Shown here: positions 9,006-17,413 of the stretch, piece after piece
Position numbering within the stretch: position 1 is the stretch's first letter
Layout of the letters: every line of letters begins with the position of its first letter
IMG/VR virus record: IMGVR_UViG_3300045988_156949
Coordinates: 1-57,845 of that record
Strand: one strand, 5' to 3'
Length of the DNA stretch: 57,845 bases
Origin: a virus
Made by a program: the position numbers and the translations under genes
Notes under the pieces: generated by a model
The model's database searches: none
What the model saw: only the letters and a program-made list of their open reading frames with translations
Told to the model about the DNA's origin: nothing

Positions 9006-9081
9006 GGCGAGATACTATCAATGGCAGATGGCTAGGTTCATACCCTAGAGGTTGTAGGTTCAAGTCCTACTCTCGCAACCA
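9006..9081 (+). tRNA. tRNA-like gene, anticodon CAU (Met, fMet or Ile2 type), 76 nt with encoded CCA
   Basis: Manual cloverleaf: anticodon arm ctagg-ttCATac-cctag, T arm gtagg-ttcaagt-cctac, discriminator A. Acceptor has 6 bp plus a G1.A72 mismatch. The D stem is weak. Confidence 0.65.
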
Positions 9082-9121
9082 AACCCTACAAAATATTTAT
9101 ATAAACATTAGGGTGTTTTTT
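9082..9121 (+). terminator. Possible terminator after the tRNA
   Basis: acccta...tagggt stem followed by a T run. Confidence 0.35.
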
Positions 9122-9169
9122 ATTGCTAAATAGTCAAATGAAAATTTGGCTATTTTTTTTATTTTTTTA

Positions 9170-9198
9170 TTGACTTCATGTCAAGAATATGTTAAGAT
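9170..9198 (+). promoter_or_regulatory. Promoter (TTGACT-17-TAAGAT)
   Basis: Read directly upstream of ORF 9224. Confidence 0.5.
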
Positions 9199-9223
9199 AA
9201 AGATATAGAAAGGAGTGAATAAA

Positions 9224-9421
9224 ATGTATTTTATAAAAGATGGTATTGTTATTAATAAAGATATTTCACAAGTAGAAATGGCAAAAGAAATAGGCTGTTC
9301 TCAAGAAACATTATCAAGAATTTTAAATAAAAAACAAGGTTGTAGTAAAACTTTAGCTTATGCAATAACTAAATTAATTAATCCAGATTTTGAAATATCT
9401 ACACTATTTGAAATAAAATAG
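9224..9421 (+). CDS. small HTH DNA-binding protein
   Basis: ORF track 9215..9421. AGGAG RBS before ATG 9224. VEMAKEIGCSQETLSRILN is HTH-like and paralogous to 52638..52862. Confidence 0.6.
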   Translation: MYFIKDGIVINKDISQVEMAKEIGCSQETLSRILNKKQGCSKTLAYAITKLINPDFEISTLFEIK

Positions 9422-9465
9422 TTATCCACATAGTTGTGGATAACTTTGTGGAAGAAGGTAGATAA

Positions 9466-9867
9466 ATGATTTTAGATGAAAATACACAAGAATTAGTAAC
9501 AAGAAATAAAAAAATAAAATTGACACCAAATGAATTTAAACTTATGCAATTTTTAATAAAAAACAGAAATAGAAATTGCACATATAAAGAATTAATAATG
9601 TATATATATAATACTAGTGAAGAAGATTATGTTTATTTCAAATCTCCTTTATTAACTATAATTAGAAGAATTAAAAATAAGCTAAAAAATGAAGATTTAA
9701 TTATAAAAACAATTCATGATTATGGAATATTTATTAGATATAATATAAATATTGAAGTTAAGAAAAGAATTAAAAAATTTTTAATAGAGCAAGAAATATT
9801 AAAATTAAAAGATGAAATTGAAGAAAAGAAAAATAAAATTAAATTATTAGAGGAAAGTATAAAATGA
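9466..9867 (+). CDS. OmpR/PhoB-type winged-helix (Trans_reg_C-like) DNA-binding protein without a receiver domain, with a C-terminal coiled coil
   Basis: KLTPNEFKLMQFLIKNRNR..YKELI...IRRIKNKL....IKTIHDYGI pattern. Confidence 0.55.
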   Translation: MILDENTQELVTRNKKIKLTPNEFKLMQFLIKNRNRNCTYKELIMYIYNTSEEDYVYFKSPLLTIIRRIKNKLKNEDLIIKTIHDYGIFIRYNINIEVKKRIKKFLIEQEILKLKDEIEEKKNKIKLLEESIK

Positions 9868-10391
9868 AAGATGAAATATTAAATATATTGAATATGAAAG
9901 ATATTCTAAATAAATATGGAATAGAAATAAAAAAATATATGTGTCATTGTCCTTTTCATAAAGATAATTCTCCTAGTATGAAAGTTTATAAAAAAAGTTT
10001 TTATTGTTTTTCTTGTAATAGAACAGGAGATTTAATTGAATTTGTTAAGCAATATTTTAATTTAAATTTCCAAGAAGCAATGGAAAAAATAAATTATGAT
10101 TTTAATTTAGGTTTGAAAACTAGAGGAAGATTAAACAAAAAAAGATTAATAGAATTGCAAAGACAACAAGAACTAAAAAGAGAAGAAGAAGAAAGAAGAA
10201 AAATGATTATAAATTCAAAATTAATTGAAGCTTCTAATAGATATAGAATATATAATAACATTATTTATAATTTAAAACAAGAAATAACAAAAGAAAATTG
10301 GGAAGATAAAGTTGAAGTAATTGCATTTTTACAAGATAAAATTGAATTAATAGATTGGTATATGGAAGATTTAATAAACAAAAAGAAATAG
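9864..10391 (+). CDS. DnaG-type CHC2 zinc-finger protein (primase zinc-binding domain only)
   Basis: CHCPFHKDNSPSMKVY...FYCFSCNRTGDLIEFV. Confidence 0.7.
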   Translation: MKDEILNILNMKDILNKYGIEIKKYMCHCPFHKDNSPSMKVYKKSFYCFSCNRTGDLIEFVKQYFNLNFQEAMEKINYDFNLGLKTRGRLNKKRLIELQRQQELKREEEERRKMIINSKLIEASNRYRIYNNIIYNLKQEITKENWEDKVEVIAFLQDKIELIDWYMEDLINKKK

Positions 10392-10477
10392 AAAAATATT
10401 CTAGTTCTTTTTGTAAAAAATGTATTTAGCGAGCTAATCATTTTTATTATATTTCATTTTTTATTTTTTGTCAATAT

Positions 10478-10551
10478 TGGCACAGATTAATGGATTTGAA
10501 CCATTACCAGCGGTTTTGGAGACCGATATGCTACCATTACACTAAATCTGC
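10478..10551 (-). tRNA. tRNA-Trp-like (anticodon CCA), 74 nt with encoded CCA
   Basis: Manual fold: acceptor gcagatt/aatctgt, anticodon loop ctCCAaa, T arm aatgg-ttcaaat-ccatt, discriminator G73. Confidence 0.7.
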
Positions 10552-10554
10552 ATA

Positions 10555-10574
10555 TAATGAGCCTAATGGCTCAT
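10555..10574 (-). terminator. Hairpin downstream of the amidase gene
   Basis: atgagcc-taat-ggctcat; weak T run. Confidence 0.35.
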
Positions 10575-10575
10575 T

Positions 10576-11307
10576 TTATTTTGCTCCACCTTTCCATAAT
10601 ACATAACCACATTTTTTAGTATTAGTTCCATCAACTGTATATCTTACTAAAGGTCTATTATTGTCAATTGAAAGATATTCTGCTTTTTCCCATGGATTTA
10701 AAGTACCTATTTTTTTTGATAATGCAGTATCTGCATAAACAGTTTCTGGGGTGCTTCCATTTTGATATACTCTTGCCATTTCTAAATTTCCTCCTTTATC
10801 TTTAATTTCTGGAACTGGTTTTTGTTGTTCTCCTAAATGATACCTAATTTTATTTAAAAATCTTTCCCAGCCCATATCTAAAGTTCTATGTGGGCAATAT
10901 TTTCCACTATAATCTTGATGCTTTGATACTTTTTCTATTCCCCAACCATATTGTCTTAAAAGATATGCAATATAAGCAGCTGCATTATCTTCTGATTTTT
11001 CAAATCTTTCTCCTCCTGATTTTGAATAACAGATTTCTATATTAATTTTATTTGCATTTCCTTTTCCATATCTTCCATCTCCAGCTGCATAACAACTTCT
11101 ATCAAATGGAAGTCCTGTTACAATTCTTTCATCATCAGCAGCAACATGGAATGAAACTTTATCTGGTCTACCTATCATATATGATATTTCTGACATAGCA
11201 CTAGCATCATTTGCCGTATTATGTACGCATATTCCATCTTTTACTGTTACATCAGGACATTTTATAGGATATTTTGCACTTGGACAAGTTACATTAGTTA
11301 TTTGCAT
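10576..11307 (-). CDS. Endolysin: N-acetylmuramoyl-L-alanine amidase (Amidase_2/PGRP type) with a C-terminal wall-binding domain
   Basis: ICVHNTAND... and KHQDYSGKYCPHR zinc-amidase motifs. Confidence 0.85.
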   Translation of the reverse strand: MQITNVTCPSAKYPIKCPDVTVKDGICVHNTANDASAMSEISYMIGRPDKVSFHVAADDERIVTGLPFDRSCYAAGDGRYGKGNANKINIEICYSKSGGERFEKSEDNAAAYIAYLLRQYGWGIEKVSKHQDYSGKYCPHRTLDMGWERFLNKIRYHLGEQQKPVPEIKDKGGNLEMARVYQNGSTPETVYADTALSKKIGTLNPWEKAEYLSIDNNRPLVRYTVDGTNTKKCGYVLWKGGAK

Positions 11308-11342
11308 ATTTTTCCTCCTTTTTATAAAAAAATAAATTTATT

Positions 11343-11870
11343 TTAATCTTTGTATTTCCAAATATAACCTCCTGCTGTTTTTCTTTTACCTAAACAACAT
11401 TGACATATATTTGATTTGTTTATTTTTAATTCATTTTGTGCTTCTATCATACTATTAAATTCTTTTATAAGATTATAATTTTTATCATATTGAACAACTT
11501 TTTTATTTTGTGAATATCGTATATTGTTAATATTAGACATCCATTCTAAATTGATAACATTATTATTTTGTTTGTTTTTATCTATATGATTTACAGTATC
11601 TAAATTATTAGAATTTTTTATAAATGTTTCACATACTAATCTATGAACTTTACAACATATAGATTTATTGTTTTTACTTAATTTAACTCTTAAGTATCCA
11701 TCTTTTTCTAAATGTGGTTTTAAAATTCTAGTTTTTGTTCCAGCATATTTTCTAGGAAGCGATTTTACTCTGCCAAAATTACTTATTTGATACATATTTT
11801 CATATCCTTTAATATCTTTCCAAATTTCTTCCATATTTTTATTAATCTCCTGCTTCGTATTCAGTTTCAA
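11343..11870 (-). CDS. HNH homing endonuclease (NUMOD4 plus HNH_3)
   Basis: WKDIKGYENMYQISNFGRVKS, HRLVCETF, VNHIDKNKQNNNVINLEW. Confidence 0.85.
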   Translation of the reverse strand: MKLNTKQEINKNMEEIWKDIKGYENMYQISNFGRVKSLPRKYAGTKTRILKPHLEKDGYLRVKLSKNNKSICCKVHRLVCETFIKNSNNLDTVNHIDKNKQNNNVINLEWMSNINNIRYSQNKKVVQYDKNYNLIKEFNSMIEAQNELKINKSNICQCCLGKRKTAGGYIWKYKD

Positions 11871-11954
11871 ATGTGTTTTCTTTTATATTCTTTTCATATA
11901 ATTCTTGTGAAAATTCAACTGTTTCTTCTGTTATATTATCCATTTTATTTCCTC

Positions 11955-12239
11955 CTAACTATTAGAAATTGTTTGTATTTTATTTAACAAATCATGAATA
12001 AAATTAGCACCTCTACTTATAAGAATTCCAGTTAAAAAGCTACCTACAAATGGAATAGAAATGCCAAAATTTAATATTGCAAATACATCTAATTGCGTAG
12101 CCATCGAAATAACTATGCTAACAATTAAAGCTCCTATTCTATCAATACTTACTTTTCCATCTTGCCAAATCATTTTTAAATTTTCCCAAACAGCCTCTGC
12201 AAGTATTGCAATAGCAGTAATTTGTAATAAATTTTCCAT
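11955..12239 (-). CDS. holin
   Basis: 94 aa with 2-3 hydrophobic helices, sitting in the lysis cassette. Confidence 0.65.
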   Translation of the reverse strand: MENLLQITAIAILAEAVWENLKMIWQDGKVSIDRIGALIVSIVISMATQLDVFAILNFGISIPFVGSFLTGILISRGANFIHDLLNKIQTISNS

Positions 12240-12289
12240 TGCAATCCCTCCTTTTTATTTTTTATACATATATATTATATCAAAAAAAA

Positions 12290-12325
12290 ATAGAATTAGA
12301 TATAAAAAACATCTAATTCTATAAA
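12290..12325 (-). terminator. 12-bp stem hairpin flanked by A and T runs (bidirectional terminator-like)
   Basis: atagaattagat-9nt-atctaattctat. Confidence 0.5.
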
Positions 12326-12398
12326 AAAATATAAAAAGGTAAAAATATTAAGAAAATTTTTGATTGGCAATATAATTATATCATATAAAATAAAAAAA

Positions 12399-12440
12399 CA
12401 ATAGAAGTTTCTTGAAAAAACAAGACTTTCTATTGTTCTG
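12399..12440 (-). terminator. Terminator downstream of the HNH gene
   Basis: Imperfect 15-bp stem caatagaagtttcttg/caagactttctattg followed by a T run on the minus strand. Confidence 0.5.
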
Positions 12441-12493
12441 ATGAATTTAACAGCCAAATATTGTTCATACAAATATATTATAATTAATATCTT

Positions 12494-12970
12494 TTAGCTT
12501 GTCAATATTCTTTTTATTATAACTTGTTTATCTTTGTAAGTTCTTCCGTTTATTATATTTCCCGAAGTACCATTTGCTAAATTATATTTTTTATCTATTT
12601 GTCTTAAACTCATTCCAATTTTATAATTATTTGCAATAGATATTATTATTTTATCATCTAATTTTCTATTTTTAGATGGTCCTTTATAGTGATTTTGTAT
12701 CATTTTTTGTCTAGTTTCTTTACTTATAATAGTATTTTTAGAATGCAATTTTGAATGTTCTTCCAAAGTCATTAATTGTAAATTTTCAATTCTATTATCA
12801 CTTTTATTACCATTTATATGATGGACAACTTCATTACTTTTAAGTTTTCTCCCTAAAAAATTTTCCATTATAAAACGATGTTCATCGATAAATATTCTTT
12901 TTCCATTTTCATCTTTTCCAAGACTTAAACGATGATATTTTCCACTCATATATACCCAACTTTCTCCCAA
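12494..12970 (-). CDS. HNH endonuclease (likely start ATG 12949)
   Basis: HRFIMENFLGRKL..NEVVHHINGNKSDNRIENLQLMTLEEHSKLH. Confidence 0.85.
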   Translation of the reverse strand: MGESWVYMSGKYHRLSLGKDENGKRIFIDEHRFIMENFLGRKLKSNEVVHHINGNKSDNRIENLQLMTLEEHSKLHSKNTIISKETRQKMIQNHYKGPSKNRKLDDKIIISIANNYKIGMSLRQIDKKYNLANGTSGNIINGRTYKDKQVIIKRILTS

Positions 12971-13044
12971 CTAAAAAATAAAAATAGGCAGGCAAGTTGG
13001 GTTGCTTTTCAATAGAGTAGCTACTCTCTATTTAGCCTATATTT

Positions 13045-13073
13045 ATTATAATATTATATAATACATATGTCAA
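13045..13073 (-). promoter_or_regulatory. Promoter (TTGACA-17-TATAAT) for the HNH cassette
   Basis: The reverse complement of 13045-13073 reads ttgaca-17-tataat. Confidence 0.6.
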
Positions 13074-13088
13074 TATAAATATTAAATT

Positions 13089-13162
13089 TGGAGGTACATC
13101 GCAGTACTGCCCTGCGTTCTCTTTGATTTGCAGTCAAAGCGACTTCTTTTGTCCAATGTACC
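13089..13162 (-). tRNA. tRNA-Cys-like (anticodon GCA, U73) with non-canonical D and T loops
   Basis: Perfect 7-bp acceptor ggtacat/atgtacc, anticodon arm tttga-ctGCAaa-tcaaa, T stem cgcag/ctgcg with loop ggcagta, D loop aaaagaa without GG, encoded CCA. Confidence 0.5.
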
Positions 13163-13186
13163 ACATAAAAGGTAGCCTACTATACC

Positions 13187-13378
13187 TTATTTTTTCTTTA
13201 ATAATTTAATTATTTCGTTATTTTGTTCTATTATTTTTTCAAGATATATTTTATCTTGATTTTGAAGTTCCTTTAAAATAGTATCATTGCTAACTTGATT
13301 TAAGTTAAGAAATAAATCATATACTTGTAATAATCCTAATAATAAGTTATAATCGTTTATATTTTCTTCTTTGCCCAT
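13187..13378 (-). CDS. hypothetical protein
   Basis: ORF track. Confidence 0.5.
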   Translation of the reverse strand: MGKEENINDYNLLLGLLQVYDLFLNLNQVSNDTILKELQNQDKIYLEKIIEQNNEIIKLLKKK

Positions 13379-13382
13379 ATTA

Positions 13383-13739
13383 TTATTCTACTATCCATAC
13401 ATACTCAACTATTCTATTTGAACAATCAAATGTATCATATATATTTCCATATTTTGAACAAGTTATATGACCTTTCATAGTTATTAACAATATATTGTTT
13501 CTGTATTTTCTTGATATTTCGCCAACTGTACCTCTTGCATAAGGTATTCGTTCATATTTTCGGTCTAAATATTTTATTATAAATTCTCTATTGTCCATCA
13601 TCATACCTTGACTTTGAGCTATATCACTTAATTTTTCATATACATAATCCCAGCTCTTATTTGTTGCACAAGATATAGCTCTTATAGTACAATCTGCAAT
13701 ATTCTTTCCTAATACATTAGCATTATAATATCTATACAT
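13383..13739 (-). CDS. hypothetical conserved phage protein (possible Cys/His enzyme)
   Basis: ORF track; DCTIRA...GHITC motifs. Confidence 0.5.
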   Translation of the reverse strand: MYRYYNANVLGKNIADCTIRAISCATNKSWDYVYEKLSDIAQSQGMMMDNREFIIKYLDRKYERIPYARGTVGEISRKYRNNILLITMKGHITCSKYGNIYDTFDCSNRIVEYVWIVE

Positions 13740-13742
13740 ATA

Positions 13743-14303
13743 TTACATCTCGCTTATTTTTTTTGCATATTTTTTTATAATATGTTCTACTTCTGGAACT
13801 TCTGTTTCTGATAGTTCTTCTACTATTTCGTAGATATTTTTCATTATTCCTTCAACAGATTTAACCATTTCGCCTTCTGCTCCATAGTTTCCTCTCATAC
13901 TTTCTTCGTTAGCTTCACTATAATTGCCATAATGTTCCATCATTTCTTCCATAGGATAATATCCTCTATATCTACTACGACCAGTTCCAGCTACTCCTCG
14001 TCTGCCATATATATCTTCTCTATATCTTCCTCTACCTGTGCCAAGTACTCCTCTTCTACCATAGTTTCCTTCATCATATTCGCTATATCTCATATCTATA
14101 TCCTCCTTTTTTTTTAAACATTCTTCTTCTTCTAAATCTTTATGAATATCCATCAATTTTCCTAAATATTCTACATTTTCAGAAGTAATACCTTTTTTTA
14201 CTAAAATTTCTTGAATTTTATTTTCAACCTTTTCCTTTAACATTTTATTTGCGTTGTTTTCTTCTGGCATTTTTTCTTTTTCCATTTCTTCCATTTCTTC
14301 CAT
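13743..14303 (-). CDS. acidic protein with two Gly/Arg/Tyr-rich repeats (YGRRGVxGTGRxRYR)
   Basis: ORF track; internal repeat read in the protein. Confidence 0.5.
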   Translation of the reverse strand: MEEMEEMEKEKMPEENNANKMLKEKVENKIQEILVKKGITSENVEYLGKLMDIHKDLEEEECLKKKEDIDMRYSEYDEGNYGRRGVLGTGRGRYREDIYGRRGVAGTGRSRYRGYYPMEEMMEHYGNYSEANEESMRGNYGAEGEMVKSVEGIMKNIYEIVEELSETEVPEVEHIIKKYAKKISEM

Positions 14304-14320
14304 TTAAAACACCTCCTAAA

Positions 14321-14746
14321 TTAAGTGGGAGTATTGGTAGTAGGATTAGTTGTTGGTATAGGAATACTTTGTGCATCTATACTTGCATTACAAGGAAGTT
14401 TGCAATTTCCAATATACTTGAATACTCCTGTACCCATTGTTGTACTTACTCTTGTTTTGTATCTTGTTCTAGTTCTTATTTGACTTGCAAAAATAGGTGT
14501 GCAATCACAATTTAAAAATTGATATGTTGTTGTAGTTACTCCACCTATTGTAAATACTACTTGAGCGTTAATGGTTGTTGTATCAGGAATTGGTTGTGCT
14601 AGTATTATACAATATGTGCAATTATTTCCATAATTTTGTGCAGGTAAATCTACAATTAAAGTATTTGTTCCTGCATCAAATGTAATTGCTTGTGATAATA
14701 CTATTTTTCTGCATAATTTGCAATTTTGATTTATACAATTTGACAT
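14321..14746 (-). CDS. Cys-rich protein with a Thr/Pro-rich tail, function unknown
   Basis: ORF track; AGGAGG RBS. Confidence 0.5.
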   Translation of the reverse strand: MSNCINQNCKLCRKIVLSQAITFDAGTNTLIVDLPAQNYGNNCTYCIILAQPIPDTTTINAQVVFTIGGVTTTTYQFLNCDCTPIFASQIRTRTRYKTRVSTTMGTGVFKYIGNCKLPCNASIDAQSIPIPTTNPTTNTPT

Positions 14747-14767
14747 TTAAATTCCTCCTTTTGAAAA

Positions 14768-14792
14768 TAGAGGTAGTGATTTACTACCTCTA
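14768..14792 (-). terminator. Intercistronic hairpin (attenuator or terminator-like)
   Basis: tagaggtagt-5nt-actacctcta. Confidence 0.35.
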
Positions 14793-14834
14793 ATAAATCA
14801 CACATTATTAAGTGCGTGGAAACACTTTATTTAA

Positions 14835-15737
14835 TTAGCAACAAGAGTTGCAACCACAGTTATTATAGTTATATCCTGTAAATTGTCCACAACAATTTGT
14901 TGGGAAATTAATAGGTGTTGGTGGTTGAACTACATAAGCAGGTTGAGGGCAATCAGCTCCTAATCTTCTTATTAATTCAGCTGTTTGAGCTTCTTGGTTA
15001 GCAGTTATAAATGCATTTTGAGCAGTTTGACTTGCTTGGAATTTAAGAGCTTGATTTTCTGATTGTAATGTAGAAATCTTATCGTTTGTTAAGAAATCTA
15101 ATATAGCTCTTGTATTGTTATTATTGCTTTCCAATATATCTCTTGTATTATTGCACATTGTTTGTTGTAATGCATTGGTATTTATTGCCATATTATAATT
15201 TACTTGGTCAATTCCTCTTTGTGTTTTGCAACAACAATCAGAAATAGATTTTTCTATATCACAACAACAATTTGCTAATTGGGCAGATAAAGCCTGTGTT
15301 CCTAATCTTGTTTCATATCCATTTGTTGTTATAGCATTATTTACTCCTGAAAATCCTTGGCATAATGTACTTTGTATTCCATTTACACCATTTAATATAC
15401 TTGTATTAACTGCATAAAATCCATCACAAAGTCCATTTTCTAGTCCATTTAATTTATTCATTATAGATTGATTATCAAATCCTCTTTGAATTGAGGCGTC
15501 TGTGTAGGCATTTCCTATTCCATAAGGTACATATCCCATATTACAAGCACCTCCTCCATTTACATTATCATTTCCAAATCCATTTCTTCCCCAACCAAAG
15601 ATTGCGAAGATTAAGAATAATATAATAAACCATGCACCATTATCTCCAAAGAAACCATCTCCAGAACCATTTGAACTTCTATTGTTTGTCAATAAAGCTA
15701 CATCACTAGCAGATAATCCACCTTCTCCATAATTCAT
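14835..15737 (-). CDS. membrane-anchored Gly/Asn-rich, Cys-cluster protein (CCC, CCC, CC...CGCNSCC), function unknown
   Basis: ORF track; one TM helix (WFIILFLIFAIFGW); GGAGG RBS. Confidence 0.55.
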   Translation of the reverse strand: MNYGEGGLSASDVALLTNNRSSNGSGDGFFGDNGAWFIILFLIFAIFGWGRNGFGNDNVNGGGACNMGYVPYGIGNAYTDASIQRGFDNQSIMNKLNGLENGLCDGFYAVNTSILNGVNGIQSTLCQGFSGVNNAITTNGYETRLGTQALSAQLANCCCDIEKSISDCCCKTQRGIDQVNYNMAINTNALQQTMCNNTRDILESNNNNTRAILDFLTNDKISTLQSENQALKFQASQTAQNAFITANQEAQTAELIRRLGADCPQPAYVVQPPTPINFPTNCCGQFTGYNYNNCGCNSCC

Positions 15738-15790
15738 AGTTTATTCCTCCTTTCATATTATTATTTATATATAGTTTATTGCAATAACTA

Positions 15791-16024
15791 TCATTTTTGA
15801 TTTTTAAAATTTTCCATAAAACTTGGAAATTCTTTGTCAAAATCTATTCCTTTTTCTTTACACATATTTCGTGCTATATCTTCAATTTCTGATTTATTAC
15901 CACTTTTCGCTAATTTCATCAAATTATTAATTATAGGATTTTGATTTCCTATTATAGAAATAATAATTTCCTGTGGACTTTTATTTTTCATCATATTCAT
16001 TATTTGCATAGGATTAAAATTCAT
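15791..16024 (-). CDS. hypothetical protein
   Basis: ORF track. Confidence 0.5.
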   Translation of the reverse strand: MNFNPMQIMNMMKNKSPQEIIISIIGNQNPIINNLMKLAKSGNKSEIEDIARNMCKEKGIDFDKEFPSFMENFKNQK

Positions 16025-16034
16025 AATCTACCAC

Positions 16035-16520
16035 CTACTTTTCTTTAATATCGTCTTTAATATCTCTAATTTCTCTTTTAATTAATTTTAATTCATCTTT
16101 TATATCTTTTACTTCTTTCACACTAAAATCTTTCATTTTATTTTCTAGTTCTTCCGAAGTAATATATGTAGTTTGTTTTGCTTCTTCTACTCCTTCTATT
16201 GGTTTATAGATTATTGTTTTACTACTTCCATCAGTTTGTAATTGTTTTGTTACTATTGCTGTACCATCTGTTATTGGAAAATAACTTATACTTCCATCTA
16301 ATGGAATATCCATTGCTTTTACTACATCTATACTATCAACTGATTTTCCTTGTAAACCTTGAATTACTGTATTTATAGGTTGAACTGGTTGTGGTGTATA
16401 TGTTGGAATTGGTTGTATTGATTGTTGTATAGTTTGTTGTGGAACTTGTCCATAAACTACTTGAGTATTGTATCTTGGAATTTGATTTTGTCCATATTGA
16501 TTATTGTTATAATTAAACAT
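16035..16520 (-). CDS. protein with a Gln/Pro-rich N-terminus, function unknown
   Basis: ORF track; GGGGG RBS region. Confidence 0.5.
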   Translation of the reverse strand: MFNYNNNQYGQNQIPRYNTQVVYGQVPQQTIQQSIQPIPTYTPQPVQPINTVIQGLQGKSVDSIDVVKAMDIPLDGSISYFPITDGTAIVTKQLQTDGSSKTIIYKPIEGVEEAKQTTYITSEELENKMKDFSVKEVKDIKDELKLIKREIRDIKDDIKEK

Positions 16521-16626
16521 ATTTATTCCCCCTTAAATATATTAAAAGAAGTTAGAGATTGCATTTTTTATAAGGGAATTCCTATATGCAATTTTATACT
16601 CTAACTCCTTTCTTACCTAATAAAAA

Positions 16627-16657
16627 ATAGACAACAGTTTTAATTGTTGCCTATTTC
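16627..16657 (-). terminator. Terminator after the 16771 gene
   Basis: aatagacaac/gttgcctatt stem followed by a T run on the minus strand. Confidence 0.45.
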
Positions 16658-16770
16658 AGAGAAAAGATAATAATAGGCGATTACCTTAACTCTATTTATA
16701 TTATATTATATATTTTTTTATAATGTTAGGGTTCTTATAACAAAAAAATAGCATCTTTTTTTGATACCAT

Positions 16771-17355
16771 TTATTTATTAATTGGAGGCAAATTCAAAGG
16801 TCTTTCTAAAATTGAATAAATTGTTGCACATTCTTTTTTAATTATTGTATTGTCTGGTAAATCTTCTATTTGTTTTATTTCTTCATAACTTTTATTATCA
16901 CGAAAATATAATTTAAAAATTTTATATCGCATTATATAATTTTTTCTCCAATATTCCTCATGTTCTAATATTATTGAATTATTAGGAGAAAATGATATAA
17001 ATTCTTTTAAAGCATCATATTTACTAGACTTACCACTCCATAAATACATATCATTTATATTAGATTTTCCAGTCATTATAAATGCTGCAAATATGATAAA
17101 TAAAATAGATATTACTAAATCAACTTTTAAAATTAAAAATAAACTTAATAATATAAGTGAGCTCCAAACTAAACAACGATACCAAGTTTTAAAATGTAAT
17201 GCTTTTCCAAAACAACCTCTACTTATCATAAAACATAACATAATTGTTATAATATAATTGGTAGGCAAACATAATAGTTTGCCTATCAAGAAAATTAGGA
17301 TTGTTTCTGCAATATTAAAAATTAAACTACTAAAAATATATTTAAATTTCTCCAT
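16771..17355 (-). CDS. polytopic membrane protein with an AgrB-like His/Cys motif and a C-terminal sigma-70-region-4-like HTH
   Basis: R-x7-LHFKTWYRC (H and C seven residues apart, as in AgrB RxxxGGxHAxxxxxC). C-terminus KSYEEIKQIEDLPDNTIIKKECATIYSIL. Confidence 0.4.
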   Translation of the reverse strand: MEKFKYIFSSLIFNIAETILIFLIGKLLCLPTNYIITIMLCFMISRGCFGKALHFKTWYRCLVWSSLILLSLFLILKVDLVISILFIIFAAFIMTGKSNINDMYLWSGKSSKYDALKEFISFSPNNSIILEHEEYWRKNYIMRYKIFKLYFRDNKSYEEIKQIEDLPDNTIIKKECATIYSILERPLNLPPINK

Positions 17356-17358
17356 ATC

Positions 17359-17412
17359 TTACTCTCCGTCTTTTGCATCAAAAATCCAAAACCAGCTATC
17401 CCAGCCACCCAT
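17359..17412 (-). CDS. 17-aa Trp-rich peptide MGGWDSWFWIFDAKDGE (candidate signalling or processed peptide)
   Basis: GGAGG RBS 7 nt upstream of the ATG. Starts 1 nt after the upstream stop; the stop lies 3 nt before the next ATG. Confidence 0.35.
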   Translation of the reverse strand: MGGWDSWFWIFDAKDGE

Positions 17413-17413
17413 A

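Noticed and set aside
8650-9081. Possible tmRNA, given the tRNA-like 3' end after a long structured region
   Set aside because: The 3' element has a complete anticodon arm (CAU). There is no Ala-type G3.U70 acceptor and no tag-peptide ORF ending in a stop.
12971-13044. Structured 70-nt leader upstream of HNH 12494..12970 as a possible group I intron
   Set aside because: It is far too short for a group I or group II core. The flanking sequences are not two halves of an interrupted gene.
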